Origin: Podarcis gaigeae | Taxonomy: Eukaryota | DNA: 64,000 bases | NCBI GenBank assembly: GCA_964106915.2 | Contig: OZ066917.1 | Strand: one strand, 5' to 3' | Part shown: in pieces, positions 21,699 through 35,061 of the stretch | How the letters are laid out: the number at the start of each line of letters is the position of its first letter | Position numbering within the stretch: position 1 is the stretch's first letter | Translations under genes and position numbers: made by a program | The notes under the pieces: generated by a model | The model's input: the letters and a program-made list of their open reading frames with translations, nothing else | Databases searched by the model: none | Told to the model about the DNA's origin: nothing

Positions 21699-24600
21699 AA
21701 GTGAAATAATTTACATTGCTATGGAGAATGAGCAACATAACACTGTCAGAAAGTTCCCGACCTAGCTCGAAAATGTGATAATTTCAGAACACCAGAAATA
21801 ACATAAAATGACTTCTTGTAGACATAGCAGCTTTTCATTTTGGTAATAGTAAAATCAGTTTTATTGGAAGCTGAGATAAAAATTTATATCTTCCCGGCTA
21901 ATGGAATGCATAGCACTTATATAGCAATTGATCTCAAACAGCTTTTCGAGTTAGGTAAGCATTCGAGTTTTCATTTGTATCTTAAATTAGTTCCACTAGC
22001 TTCACAAGGAGGCCATAAGCCCACTAGAATAATGCAAACTTAAGTTCTACTGATGGCAAAGTTCATCTCCCACTGTTATACCACAGCATCAGTGCTGTAA
22101 TGCTCTAAGTACGTTGAATAAGAATTGTTGATAAGTACCATCCTCACTGCATTGAATCAAGTGAGTCCATAGTTACTTACCAGACTGACTCCATAAAGCT
22201 AGTTTACTAATGGAAAATAGCACTGTGGAAAATAACTTACATACAAGTTCAGCCAAATTGCCTCTTGCTTCCCACCAAGTATAGATGTTTGACAAAAGGG
22301 CAGAGGAACTAATGTAGTGTCACACTCATTAGTGCTGAAATAACATCGAAGATGGATGCCACCCCACTCAACTTTGTACCAGCAGAATCCATTATTCAAT
22401 AAATTATTAAATTAATAGACAGGCGATAACAATAAGTTTATGTCCTCATTTAATAAATTAATGAGAAGGAACTCAAATCATGGTTCTCTTCTGTCTATAG
22501 ATTTAATAATTTATACAATAATAATTTATTGATTCTACACTATTTCTACAGGAGATAAAATTCTCTCTCAATGGCCATCCATTATTGTCGGAAGCTATTA
22601 TATTTTTACCAGTCTTCTTACTGGCATAATATAAATGCAAGACGATTCCTCCTGATGTTTTGTTTTACTGCTGACATCAGGACACATTTTTAAAAAGGGT
22701 TAAAGAACCTTATTCAGACCTATGGCCTGTAGTAAACCCTGCAGAAATGAATATTTGAAAAGAGTGAAGGACATTATTGACTTTTTATCTGCTTCAGCAA
22801 ATTATGTCTTCTTATTGCTGATTTTGTAATTCATCGAAGTATACAACTGAAAAGATTGGTGGGGTGAAGCAACATTTTTGGTAGGCAACCTTTTCCTTTA
22901 AAAAAACCCCAAACCCTAACAGATTTACATCCACTATTGTTGCCCTTTTGGTGGTAGTGGTGGTGGTGATTTAATTAATCAGATGTCACGCTGTTTATAT
23001 TATATGGGAAACTAGAAGATAGGCAGCCAAAAATCTGCCTGTATCTTAAATTAATAAAACATTTTAGATAATAAAATCATAGAAATGTTGCTGGATATCA
23101 ATTACTACCTATTAATTACTTTTTGTAAAGAGTTGATTGTTCAAGTGAGCAATGTTTTTTTTTTCTGCTTCTCAAACTGAACTTTCCCATACCTAAAGTG
23201 AAACTTCTCTGTTTGAGATAATGGTAAAGTACGTTGTATTCATACTGCAGTGAGACCCTGGTATATATGAGGGTGCCTTAAATCGAATCAGATTACTATT
23301 CCACTGACCTCATTATTTTTTCTACACTGATTAGCAGTGTCTCACCAGGGTTTCAAACCAAAATCTTTCCCAAGCCTACTTGAAAGTGACAAGAAATGAT
23401 CCTAGGACCTTTCGCATGCAGTATTGCCATAAAGCCCTATTCAGGCTTTCTGCCTGGAAAGGGAAGATTAATCTGTGTAGGGGCCACAGGGCCACACAGG
23501 TCCCTCTATGTTGGGCAGAGAAGTTCTGGAGGAAGCTTCTACCCACAATCACTAGAATGTATTAAAAAATCTTGCTTTATCAGAGCTCCCAATTGCATGG
23601 GGGCTTCTACTTACATTTAAGTGAAAACAGGTGTAAGCTCCCTTCAGACCTTCCCTGCTCAATGTGGAAAGATCTAGAACGCACATGGGGATAGTGAGAC
23701 TGGCACGTGGAGTCTCTGACTTCCCTCACCCAATGAGAGTTCCTGTGTGGAGATAACAAATGAATGGGTCTTTTGCACTGGTTCTCAGACTTGGCCCGGA
23801 ATATGAACCTCAGCCAGTGGAGCTGAGGTAACAGTTGTGTAAGGCAAACAAAATGCTTGGGAGGAGAATAGAAAAGGCAAGAAATGTTCTGTCTCGAATA
23901 TACATTTGCTAGGGAAATGGTGCCTGAGCAACTGGGTGGCAAAGAACAGCAAGATATTATTTCTTTCATTTTCTAAAGGAAAGGTATATTCTCAATGCAG
24001 ATTCATCTGTGGCACAAGTGAGCTTGCAATAGGGTTGCTTGAAATGCTCAGAAGAAATTTTGTTTCATTATCCCCTTTTTAAAGAAAACCCAACATAGAT
24101 TTCCCAAGGATTTCCTTGGGCAATCCTTCTGGATTTCTCATGGTCTCACATGCGCTGTGGCATTTCTGCTACTAGTCTTTTATTAGCCAGTTCCCAGATG
24201 TTTCCACACAGACACATATTTTTCACAGTCTGTGTAGATTCCACCTGCAGCTTTTTAAAAAAATCCCTTTTCAGACCATATTAACACACCTGATGAATAT
24301 ACACAGGGTGGGGGAATGAGGTTTGGGTGCATGGGGCTTTTTTTTGTATTTTGTTTATACCTTGCGGTGAATGCACATACCATGAGGTTGGGTTTAATGC
24401 CACAATACTGCCTCCCCACCACTTTGTACATTCATTGAACACGTGAAGATTGTCAGAAAAACAGCCCCAGCTATCTGGATTTCTAGCTCTCAAGTAAGTC
24501 TATTTCACCCACAATTATATATGTAGATCATGGGGGTTGTACTTATAAGGTTCTATAAAGATCCACAAAGAGAGTAAAAACCACTTAAAGTCAAGACAGA

Positions 24601-24905
24601 GTTCAATAAATAAATAAAAGAACACCAGAACATAATCACAGCCTGCTAGATCAGGCTTACGAGCCCGTCTAGTCCAGCATCCTGGTCTCACAGTGGATGA
24701 CAAGATGCCAGCTGGAATCGTGCAGCAACTGAGATTTGAAAGCATTGTAGCTGCTCGCCTCCAGGTGCCATCACAATTAAAACATATAAAAGATAATCAT
24801 TAAAAATAGAATTAAAATAACATTAAATATATTAAAATGCAGGTAATAAAGCAGCACAACACTATTAAAAGTCATTATTAAACATGCAACAGACTTCCTG
24901 AAGCA

Positions 24906-24943
24906 CATACATACATACATACATACATACATACATACATACA
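24906..24943. repeat. (CATA)n microsatellite
   Basis: Direct reading. Confidence 0.95.
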
Positions 24944-25477
24944 TTCAAATACTGTATTCCAAATTTGATTGAACTTCATAATATTTTAGTTATTTTTGTA
25001 TCTATATATATGAATGTTGAAACTGTCAGTAATGCGGTGAAACAAACAAACATATCCAAATGAGGTATAAGAAGCCTTCGGCAATGTTTTCTTCTTTTTT
25101 CCCCAGGCTTCCCTAGGAAACCAATTAATTAACCTCTTTTGTATGTAATGGTTTACTTCATGTATAATTAAGAGTACAATTAATGGTTTATCAGTTTGGT
25201 TGTAAAATATTTAAAACATTTTTCAGTCATTTTAGTTTGGGAAACTTCCAGAAATTTGATAATTCAAAGCACTGTTTTAATGGCCTGAAGGATAGTTTTG
25301 ACAGACACTGCTCAAAGTCTCCTCACATAATCATCAAAAGAGTTTCCCCTTCTTGTTTAAGAGAATGGTTCTTTGTGACTATGTCAGTTCAAGGCCTGTT
25401 CTGAATTCTATTGAAAAGAGGTATCCGATTCCCCTTGAATCTCTGTTCTTTGTTTAAGGCCGAAGAGTGGTCTTGTA

Positions 25478-25607
25478 ACAGGGATGGGGAACATGTGGCC
25501 CTCCAGATGTTGGTGGACTTCAACTCTCATCAGCCCGAGATAGCATGTCTAGTTGTGGAAGCTGGAGTCCAATGCCACCTGAAGGGCCTGGGGTCCCCTA
25601 TGCCTGC
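25478..25607. mobile_element. Old palindromic hAT-type MITE (caggg...ggactacaactcccat family); related copies at about 860, 12095-12180, 48150-48270 and 51973-52105
   Basis: cagggatggggaacatgtggccctccagatg...gaagggcctggggtcccctatgcctg imperfect palindrome, with the motif recurring across the window. Confidence 0.55.
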
Positions 25608-26514
25608 CTTATTGCTTTTCATACCATTGGCCCAGACGAATTGAAGTAATGATTAGCAGGATCTCCAGTGGAGCTCTCCAGCTTACAAAGTCTGCCCCAT
25701 TGACCTAAATGGAGATGGCAACCTTGCATGTATATTCCTTTATATGAATTTACTCTTCTGTATTAAGTGAGTCTTCCCCCACACATGGAAGATCTATATG
25801 CACGGCAAAATACATAGGAGCATCTAAAATTGAAAATTGCTCCATTTATATCAACAGACCTGGGAAAATATACAAAGCAATTGTTTTGGGTGGATTATAC
25901 CCGGAAAATACAGCTGTAGCCTCTTTTCAAGCATCACCTTGCCCCAAACTATCATATGAGAAGGAGAGTGGGACTGTACTAAACTAAATTTTCAGCATGG
26001 CTTCTTAATACAACATTTGGACAGTGGGGGTGGGGGAGTTCGGACAGGTAATGCAACTGTGGGTATGAGGGCAGTTGGAGTGGTCCTGCTCTGACCCACA
26101 CATGACCATTAATGGTGTGAGGCATTGTGTTTGTAAGGTTGCTTTGTTTGATATTCAATCAGTCTCAATTATGAGTAAGTTCAATTATGAGTTTTGTTCA
26201 ATGCCTGTTTACAGAAATTGACTCCTCATTCCAAGGATGTCAAAAAGGGTTTATTACATTAAACCATAAAAGGCATGCCATCACTGATATAATGTTAACC
26301 TCGTCTGATAAAGTCAGAGAAGGCTTATCATACAGAAGATTCCAGAAAGACTGAGGTTATTAGGCCCTACCATATATACAACGTCAAAAGACAATAGACA
26401 AAGAAGGAGGAGTGGTTGAATATTCCCGAAGGTTCCACACAGAAGAATGAAACAAGGAAGCATGTTGCTGTAACTTTGGAAAGAAGTCTGATGTCAGGTT
26501 AGGTGTGGCCAATA

Positions 26515-26698
26515 CAGTGGTACCTCGGGTTAAATACTTAATTCGTTCCGGAGGTCCGTACTTATCCTGAAACTGTTCTTAACCTGAAGCACCGGAGCAC
26601 GATTTCTGTTCTCATCCTGAAGCAAAGTTCTTAACCTGAAGCAATATTTCTGGGTTAGCGTATGTAACCTGAAGCGTATGTAACCTGAGGTACCACTG
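26515..26698. mobile_element. Tc1/mariner (Tigger-like) MITE, short variant
   Basis: TIR CAGTGGTACCTCGGGTTA / TAACCTGAGGTACCACTG with TA TSD. Deletion derivative of 41003-41335. Confidence 0.9.
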
Positions 26699-29600
26699 TA
26701 CACAGATTTCAGTAGGTGTAGAAAACAGGGGCTAAAAAGTGAAGGAGTAAAGAGTACTTGGGTGTGGAGGTCAGACTCTAATGAGGAGAACTGGAATTAT
26801 AATTTATGACAAGAATGTAGTTTTCTCTTCTTCTTGGCCCCTCAGAAAGATAATAAATGTGCTAATTGCAATATGTCAACAGGACTTAGAATCCTGGTTG
26901 TATACCAACACAATGGTACTAAACTTCGCTTTGTCTTTTGTAGATGTGAAGTCTTAAGTCCAACCACCCCTGTTCGTATCTCTTAGAACCAGGATATATT
27001 GACAGCCCCTATCTCCATACTGTAGTTTGCAAATAATTCATGGAATATTGTTGCATTTGCTTTATATGCTAGTGTTAACAATGCATTCATTTGCCCATAT
27101 GTACACATCTGCAGTGCAGTATTTTTTATTTCTCCATCTGTTTGGGAAAGGCATTAAATATTCTTGTCCTCTGATTGCTCAGGATGATTGTTTTTGAATA
27201 CAATTGATCTCATCTTTTTTCTATTGCTAACAATGTCTATAAAAGCAAACTTCCTTGAATGACCATTGCACTGTTTACCTTCATTTCAAGAATATTAATT
27301 CAGTATATTTATTCTCTGGGTTTCTTAATAGATTTAAGCTTTCACAGAATTAGAATTACCATGCTTGTCACTGAGAAGGGAGGTACTATTTGTCTGATTT
27401 TTGCACAAAAAAACAGGACCTTTGGTGAAAAAAGAAATCAAAAGGGGAAAAAGTGCATGTTCACGTTTGCCAAGCCTTTACTGCAGTTTGCTGCCATTCT
27501 TTCCTCTCCCTACTTTGACATAAAAGTGGATAAAACCAACTAAAAATATGAAGGAAATGAATCTCTTCACATTCTTGTCTTCCTTGTTTAATCACATGGT
27601 TGATCAAGGTGACATCATCCACTGCCTAGCCAGTCAGTCTGGATACATGACCATATCAGTGAGAGCACACAAACCCAGTTGGAAGTGAGAGTGACATTAC
27701 CGGTATCAATCATAGCTTTCTGCATCACTGACTGTATCTGCTCTTCATGGGTAAACACTTTCACCCCCCTTCAAAGGGTTTCCCAGAAAATGGTAAAGGG
27801 AAAAGGGAAATGGGCTTTTCGATACTGCCTAGAATATTATCTCACTGCCTTACTTGAGATACTTTCCCCTTTGATTCCATTTTGGCTTTCAACAGTGTTT
27901 CTCACTCTTTCCAATAGTGGTCCTTCCGCTGCTCCTTCACAGTCTTTCATACATCTAAGTAGGATAATAGCTTTAAAAAAGAGAAATGAAACCTTCTGAA
28001 AAAGCAAAGGAAGGAAGTACATACTTCAACATCTAAAAAAATAAATGTTCAACTTCAGATTGGTACCACTCACTACAGGAAAGTAATATATTGCTTGCTT
28101 GTTTATATTATTTTGTTATATTATTTTCTTTTAAAAAGTTATTGTTTGGGGTATAAATATGCAGCCTATAAAGTAAGATTTATCTGTCAGATGCCCTATC
28201 CTAAATATGAACTGGCGCTTTTTTTATCGTTTAGACATTCTCAAAAGGATATAGGAATGGGCCTTTTTTCACAGATGCAGTTACACCTCCCACCCTATTC
28301 TTTATTCAGAGCATGAGAAAGAGACTTTTAAAACCATTCAATACTCATCCCTCCCCTTTCTTGATATGCATTATTTGCAACACGCTTAAAGCTGCATTTT
28401 CTTTTTCTTGGTTTCTTTCTTTTTCATAACATTACAGATCCAATTCATTTATTGGGGATGTTTAATCCTTTTACATTTATTGACAAAACTTTTATATTAT
28501 TCATTTTCTTTATTGATTTTGAAACAAATACTAAATATAAAAAGAGCAGATCATTTCTCCCCACCTCACCCAGGTTAGGTAAACGGAGCTATGACTTAAA
28601 CATAGAAGAAAATGAAGAGGTGGGATACAAGCAAGTTCTACTCAGAGTAGACCAACTGAAATTAATGGTCCTCACTTAGTCATGCCCATTAATTTTGATG
28701 GGTTTGCTCTGAGTAAAACCAACACTGGCTGCAACCCAGCACCTTTGATAATGTCTAACAATTGGCTTTGTTGATTGCACTTTCCAACCAGGCATCATGT
28801 TTAAGCGGTGTTACCCATAGAATCATAGTCTTAGTTATTTTTTTGTGAAAAGATGCAAACTCCCAACAACAATAAGGTTCCCTTACAGACCCATGCTTTA
28901 ACTTTTCCCTTACCCGTTCCCTTACCCATGCATTAACTTTTTGTGTTATGCTATTACTAAGGTAAGGTTCAGCTGAAATGTAGACTCATTGTTGCTATTT
29001 CTTGAAATGCTTCTTGAAATGCTAAGGGTGGCCACTCTGGCAAAAAATTGTGGCGATACTGCTGAAAAAAAACAGCTCCATAAGCAGCAACATGGAGGGT
29101 TGATTATAGGGGAAAAGGGGAGATGCAAAGTTTTGTAATAAAGCTCAGAACTTGAACCTGGGGGGGGGGGTGATGTGGCAACATCTATTTCACACAGTAT
29201 TCTGAACATGACTTCAGCATCAATGGCCAGAGGCATTTCCCTGAAAGTGCAAATCAGAGTTCAAAGCTCAGAATTTTCTCCAAAGACTGCATTAAAAAGC
29301 TCTGATCTGCACTCCTATTCAAAATGCAAGAAAAAAATTCTTAGGGAGGAAAGATATGCATGCATTTCTTGCGGAACTGGCAAATTACAGTTCTGTTTTA
29401 CGTGTGTGTGTGTGTGCGTGTGCAGAAAATACTGGAAGTATTAATGTGTCTATCTTCCTGAATGTTGTATGTTTTGATGTTTCATATTTGGCTGCATCCA
29501 AGATAATAAGAACATGAGTTAAATGCATCATGACTGATGTGTACAGGCTGATGGGACACACCATAATGTGAAATGTCATTGCCGAAATGTGGAAATGCCC

Positions 29601-30213
29601 AACATACCCCCCCAAAAAAAAATGATGAGAGGAAATAAGTCACTTGAGAGTAGCCACCCATAAAAAAAGGTTTCAATTAGGTGCTGCTTTGCTTGATAAA
29701 ATCTTGGAGCAGATAATTATGATGAATTAACAGTGTTGTCTGCTCGTAAATACTAGGGGTGTGCATGGCCCCCAAGGTTCACATTGCATCTGTGCAGAAA
29801 AGACCTGTTTCTGTATCTCTCTGTGTTTTCTTCACTTCTGTAATTTAGGTTTGACGTTGCTCTATATAAGGCAAACCTCTGTGGTCCCCATTCACTCTAT
29901 CGTGAATTCTTTTTATTAATTTTTGCTTAAATGATCAAAAAGAAAAACAATGACAGCACGGAAAAACAAAAACACGAAAAGAAAAACGGTTACAGCCATT
30001 ACATCGAAATAAAATAAAACAGATTTCTAAACATAATGACTATTTCCTTTTACATTTCTTTGCTTGTTCAATTGTCTCTTTATATCTCTAGATATTTTAA
30101 TCCTTCCTTTGTACACCTATTGACTTCCATCCCTACTGGTTTCAGGCTTTTTACATTAAATAATTTATTTCTCTTGCAGTTACTAATTATAATAGACTTA
30201 TACATCATAAGAT

Positions 30214-33200
30214 CTAAATCAATCCTGCTGTGGTTTTTATGTTCTTATAGTTCTCTTCAATGTAGGTCATGAATTTTTTCCAGTCATTCGTAAACTTTGT
30301 GTTTTTTTGGTTTCTAATTTTTTGTGTCATTTTTGCAAGTTGTACAAATTCAAATAACTTTGTTTGCCAATCTCTAATTTCTGGGATACTTTGGCTTTTC
30401 CATTTTTGGGCAATTAATAATCTGGCAGCAGCTGTGGCATATTGAAATAGTGTTTTATCTTCGTTTTTAATTTCATCCCCGATTATACCCAATAGGAAGG
30501 CCTCCGGCTTTTTAATAAAGGTATATTTAAATATTTTTTTTAGTTCATTATAAATGCCTTCCCAATATTTCTTCATTACTTCGCATGTCCACCACATGTG
30601 GAAAAAATTACCTTCTCTAGTTTTACATTTCCAACAAGACTTACTAGCTGTTTTGTACATCTTCCCCAGTTTTGCCGGGGTGATGTACCACCTGTACATC
30701 ATCTTTTCTAAGTTTTCCCTTAGTGTTGCACATGCTGTGAATTTCATTCCGTTAGTCCATAAATTCCGCCACTTATCATAGTCTATGTTATATCCCAGAT
30801 CCATTGCCCATCTAGTCATAACTTCCTTTATTTCTTCGTCTTTCGTATCCCACTCCAATAATAAGTCATACATTTTAGATAATAACTTACAATTACCCTC
30901 AATTATTTCTGTCTGGAATTTGGATTTCTTCTCGTTCATCCCTACTTTTTTGTGATCTGTCCATATTGCATTTATTTCGTGGAATTGTAGCCAACTTGTC
31001 AAATTACCTTTCAGCTCTTCATACGTTCTCATCTTCCATCTGTTTTCTGATCTTATTAATAGATCTTCATAGGTAAGTCTTTTTCCTTCCATATTTACTT
31101 TTTTAATCATTGAGATATCAACTGGCGAAAGCCACCAGGGTGTTTTTTCCTCTAGGAGCTTTTTGTTTTTCTCCCAGACTTCATAGAGAGGGCCCCTAAC
31201 GATGTGACTTGTGAATCCTTTATGTGATTTTCCTTTATTTTGCCACAAATAAAAATGCCAGCTAAACCTATTGTCAAACCCCTCAAGATCCAACAAATCG
31301 GAGTTTTCCAAATTAATCCAATCCCTAATCCAACAAAGACAGGCTGCCTCAAAATATAATTTCAGGTTGGGAACCGAAAAACCCCCTCTTTCTTTCCGGT
31401 CTGTCAAAAGTTTGAACCTAATTCTTGGCCTTTTTCCTTGCCATATAAATTTTGAGATAGTTCTTTGCCATTCTGTGAAAAGTTTGGATCCTCTAATCAC
31501 TGGTATGTTTTGAAAGAGATACAGCATTCTTGGAAGTAAGTTCATTTTTATTGCGGCCATCCTTCCCGTCCATGAAAGTTTCACTCTACTCCAGGTATCC
31601 AGGTCTTTCTTTATTTGTTTCCATGTCGTAAGATAATTATCTTGTATCAGATTTATATTTTTATTAGTTAGCCAAATTCCTAAATATTTTATTTTTTTTG
31701 CCACTTTAATTCCATATTGTGATTCTAATTTTTCATTTTCCTCTTTGCCCAAATTCTTCGTCAGCATTTTAGTCTTCCCTTTATTTAATTTAAAGCCAGA
31801 TACCTTACCAAATTCTTCTAGCATCTCCAAGGCCTTACCCACACTTTCTTGTGGACTTTCCAGTGACAGCATCAGGTCATCCGCATACGCTTTTAGCTTA
31901 TACTCTTTTGTTCCTAATTTGATCCCTTGGATCTCTGATGTAGCTCTTATTTTATTTGTAATTGCCTCTAGCGCCATAATAAATAAGAGCGGGGATAGAG
32001 GGCATCCTTGTCTAGTTCCTTTTTCTATTTTAAATGAGTTTGTTAGGTTGTTATTTATTATTAGTTTCGCCGATTGTTTCGAATATATCGCTTTTATTCC
32101 GTTCATGAACTCGCCCTCTAGCCCCGCTTTTTCCATGCTCTTCTGTAGGAACTGCCAAGAGACATTATCAAATGCCTTTTCAGCATCAACAAAGATCAGC
32201 GCTGCGGGTATCTCGCTTTTTCTTTCCAAGTACTCAATTATATTTATGGCATGCCTTACGTTATCTCTAAGTTGCCTGTTTGGAAGAAATCCTACCTGAT
32301 CTTTATGTATTAATTTCACTAGGCATTTCTTAAGCCTATTTGCCAACACCTCCGCAAATATTTTATAATCATTATTTAATAATGAAATGGGTCTGTAATT
32401 CTTAAGGTTCAGTTTGTCCATATCTGGTTTGGGGATCATCGTTATATAGGCCTCTCTCCAAGACTCTGGTATTTTCCCTTCTTTTAATATCTTATTCATG
32501 ATGTCACAAAGGACTGGGGTTAATTGGTTCTCTAATGCTTTATAATATTTCACTGATAGTCCATCCGGTCCCGGCGCTTTCCCTGGTTTCATCTTCTTTA
32601 TTGCTTCTTGAATCTCTTCTATTTTTATAGGGTTATTTAATTGAATTTTTTCTTCCTCCGTTATAGTCTTCCTGTTATAATCTTCTAGATATTTTTCTAT
32701 TTGAGTTATTTCCTCATCTTCTTTTTTATACAGCTTCTCATAATATTTCAGAAAGTTCTCCTTTATCTCTTTTGGGTCTTCAATTAGATGTTCTTCAACT
32801 TTTATCTTGTTTATTACTCTTTGCTCTTGCCTCCTTCTCAGCTGCCATGCTAGTAATTTACCCGTTTTGTTAGCTGACTCGAAATATTTTTGCTTCATTG
32901 CTTTAATTTTCCATTCTATTTCCTGGTTTGTTAACATTGAGTATTGCGATTGTAGCAGTTTAATTGTTTGCCTATTTTGTTCGTCCTTCGGGTTTACTAT
33001 TAATTTTTTCTCGCATTCTTTTAACTGGTTAAGAGTTTCTTCTTTCTTTTGTTCCCTTACTTTCTTCCTATAGCTGTTTTGCTGTATAAAAAACCCTCTT
33101 AAAACCGCTTTACTAGCATCCCAGACTATGTCTGGGGTTGTTTCATTATTGAGATTCAGGCTGAAATATTCTTTTAAGGTGTCTTTAGCTTTTTCTACAA

Positions 33201-33966
33201 CCTCTTCATTCTCTAATAGGTATTCATTCAATCTCCATCTAAATCCACCCTGTGATCTACCTTTTATTTCCAGTGCAACCGGGTTATGATCCGAGAAGGT
33301 TCTAGGTTGGATTTCACACTTTGTAGTTCTTAGCGTAAGCTCCCTAGAGACCCAAATTTGATCAATTCTACTCCAGCTCTTATATGGTTCTGAAAAGAAG
33401 GTAAATTGCTTCTCTATTGCATGTTTATATCTCCAGATGTCTACTAAATCTAAGTTTTCCTCCATGTTTTTAAAGGATTTCGGCAACTTCCCTTGTTTCT
33501 TTTTCCCCTTTTCTATTTGTTTGTCTAATTCCGGTTCTGGCACTCCATTAAAGTCTCCCATTAGGATCGTCTTGTTAGAATCTAATTCCAATAACATTTG
33601 TTCCAATTTCTTAAAGAATTCTGGCTTATTCAAATTTGGGGCATATACATTTATCACATTAAGTTTTTCACCTTGGAAGTTAATTTGTATTCCCAAGATT
33701 CTTCCTTCGTTATCTTTACAAATCACTTTGGGGTCCCATTTTTCTTTCACATAAATTACCACCCCTCTTTTCTTTTCCGTTGTACAGTTTGTAAACTCCT
33801 GGCCCAGCTTTTTATGTATCAGGATATGCTTATGCTTTTTAGTTACGTGGGTCTCCTGTAAACATATTAGGTCCAAATTCTTTCTTTTCAACACATTCAC
33901 AATTTTATTCCTTTTAACTTTTTCATTCAAACCGTTCACATTCCATGACAAAGTTTTCAAATTCAT
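30214..33966 (-). CDS. L1 ORF2p (APE endonuclease, reverse transcriptase, C-terminal Cys-rich domain), 1250 aa, open
   Basis: SWNVNGL, LQETH, GDFN, SRID, SDH (endonuclease); KAPGPDG, YRPISLLN, DAEKAFD, GTRQGCPLSP, YADD (RT); CWKC...HMWWTC. Confidence 0.97.
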   Translation of the reverse strand: MNLKTLSWNVNGLNEKVKRNKIVNVLKRKNLDLICLQETHVTKKHKHILIHKKLGQEFTNCTTEKKRGVVIYVKEKWDPKVICKDNEGRILGIQINFQGEKLNVINVYAPNLNKPEFFKKLEQMLLELDSNKTILMGDFNGVPEPELDKQIEKGKKKQGKLPKSFKNMEENLDLVDIWRYKHAIEKQFTFFSEPYKSWSRIDQIWVSRELTLRTTKCEIQPRTFSDHNPVALEIKGRSQGGFRWRLNEYLLENEEVVEKAKDTLKEYFSLNLNNETTPDIVWDASKAVLRGFFIQQNSYRKKVREQKKEETLNQLKECEKKLIVNPKDEQNRQTIKLLQSQYSMLTNQEIEWKIKAMKQKYFESANKTGKLLAWQLRRRQEQRVINKIKVEEHLIEDPKEIKENFLKYYEKLYKKEDEEITQIEKYLEDYNRKTITEEEKIQLNNPIKIEEIQEAIKKMKPGKAPGPDGLSVKYYKALENQLTPVLCDIMNKILKEGKIPESWREAYITMIPKPDMDKLNLKNYRPISLLNNDYKIFAEVLANRLKKCLVKLIHKDQVGFLPNRQLRDNVRHAINIIEYLERKSEIPAALIFVDAEKAFDNVSWQFLQKSMEKAGLEGEFMNGIKAIYSKQSAKLIINNNLTNSFKIEKGTRQGCPLSPLLFIMALEAITNKIRATSEIQGIKLGTKEYKLKAYADDLMLSLESPQESVGKALEMLEEFGKVSGFKLNKGKTKMLTKNLGKEENEKLESQYGIKVAKKIKYLGIWLTNKNINLIQDNYLTTWKQIKKDLDTWSRVKLSWTGRMAAIKMNLLPRMLYLFQNIPVIRGSKLFTEWQRTISKFIWQGKRPRIRFKLLTDRKERGGFSVPNLKLYFEAACLCWIRDWINLENSDLLDLEGFDNRFSWHFYLWQNKGKSHKGFTSHIVRGPLYEVWEKNKKLLEEKTPWWLSPVDISMIKKVNMEGKRLTYEDLLIRSENRWKMRTYEELKGNLTSWLQFHEINAIWTDHKKVGMNEKKSKFQTEIIEGNCKLLSKMYDLLLEWDTKDEEIKEVMTRWAMDLGYNIDYDKWRNLWTNGMKFTACATLRENLEKMMYRWYITPAKLGKMYKTASKSCWKCKTREGNFFHMWWTCEVMKKYWEGIYNELKKIFKYTFIKKPEAFLLGIIGDEIKNEDKTLFQYATAAARLLIAQKWKSQSIPEIRDWQTKLFEFVQLAKMTQKIRNQKNTKFTNDWKKFMTYIEENYKNIKTTAGLI

Positions 33967-34004
33967 TATAATGACTACTATTCAATCTACAAAAACTTAG
34001 TGTT

Positions 34005-35061
34005 TTAAATACGAGTGGTTTTGTTCTCTTCCTCCTCCTCTTCTGCTTCCTCCGCCGCTGCTTCCTCTTCTTCCTCTTCTTCGTCTACTTCTTCTTCCCT
34101 ACTTCTTCTTTCCTGGTCTCTGAACCCTTCTTGGTCTTTTCCTCTTTCCCCCTTCTTTCCTCTCCCCTCCAGGTCTCCACCCCTTCCCTCTTGTCTCTCC
34201 TCCATACCTCCCAATTCTTTCTCATATCTGCGCATAAATTTCTTCACTTCTTGTATCTCAGCAATTCTAAATTTTTTATCCTTATAGAAAAAAGAAATCC
34301 CTTCAGGAAACTCCCATCTATATTGTATATTGTTCTTTTTTAAGACATTTGTCAGATGTTTGTACCCTTCTCTTTTGCGCAGGAGTCTGGTTGGTATCTC
34401 TTTAAAAATAATGATCGGTTTACCATCAATAATTAATTTTTTCTGAAAACTTCTTTTTAATATCATGTTTTTCATTTCTATCGAGTTAAAGATAACCAGA
34501 CAGTCTCCTGCTATTTTTTTTAATTTCACTTGTTTAGCCCTTGTTTTAATTCTGAAAACGTTTTCCATCGTATATGCAACCTCTTCTTCTTTCAATTCTA
34601 GCCATTTCGCTAGCTCTTGGATCATTTTTTCTTTAATGTTTTCATTTATCTCTTCTATTCCCCTAAACTTCAGATTTAGCTGTTTTTGTTTCATTTCAAT
34701 CATCGCCAAATTATCTAAGATTTGGTCTTGGTTTTTATTTAAATTTTCTATCTCATCTCTTATCTGTCTCTTTTCTTTGTTCTTTCATTTCTTTCTGAAT
34801 TTTTTTGTTAGTTTCTTCCATAGCCTTCGAACGGGATGTCAGATCTTTAATTTTGCCTGACAGTTCTCCTACAGCTCCCTCTATTTTCTTGTCTATTAAC
34901 TCATGTATCTCTCCTAATTTTTTTTCCAGGTGTATTTCATTCTGTTTAAATTCTTCCTTTATTTTTAACCATAGAAAATCTAAATCCTTTATCTCCTCTT
35001 GGCGGGATGTTTTCCTTTCCAGTGGTGTTCCACCTACCTTTTTCCCATCTTTCCCTGCCAT
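34005..35061 (-). pseudogene. L1 ORF1p (coiled coil, RRM/CTD, acidic tail) split by one frameshift near 34770-34790
   Basis: MAGKDGKK... coiled-coil part (ORF 34753-35082) and the NLKFRGIEE...YRWEFP part (ORF 34005-34709) lie in different frames. Confidence 0.85.
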
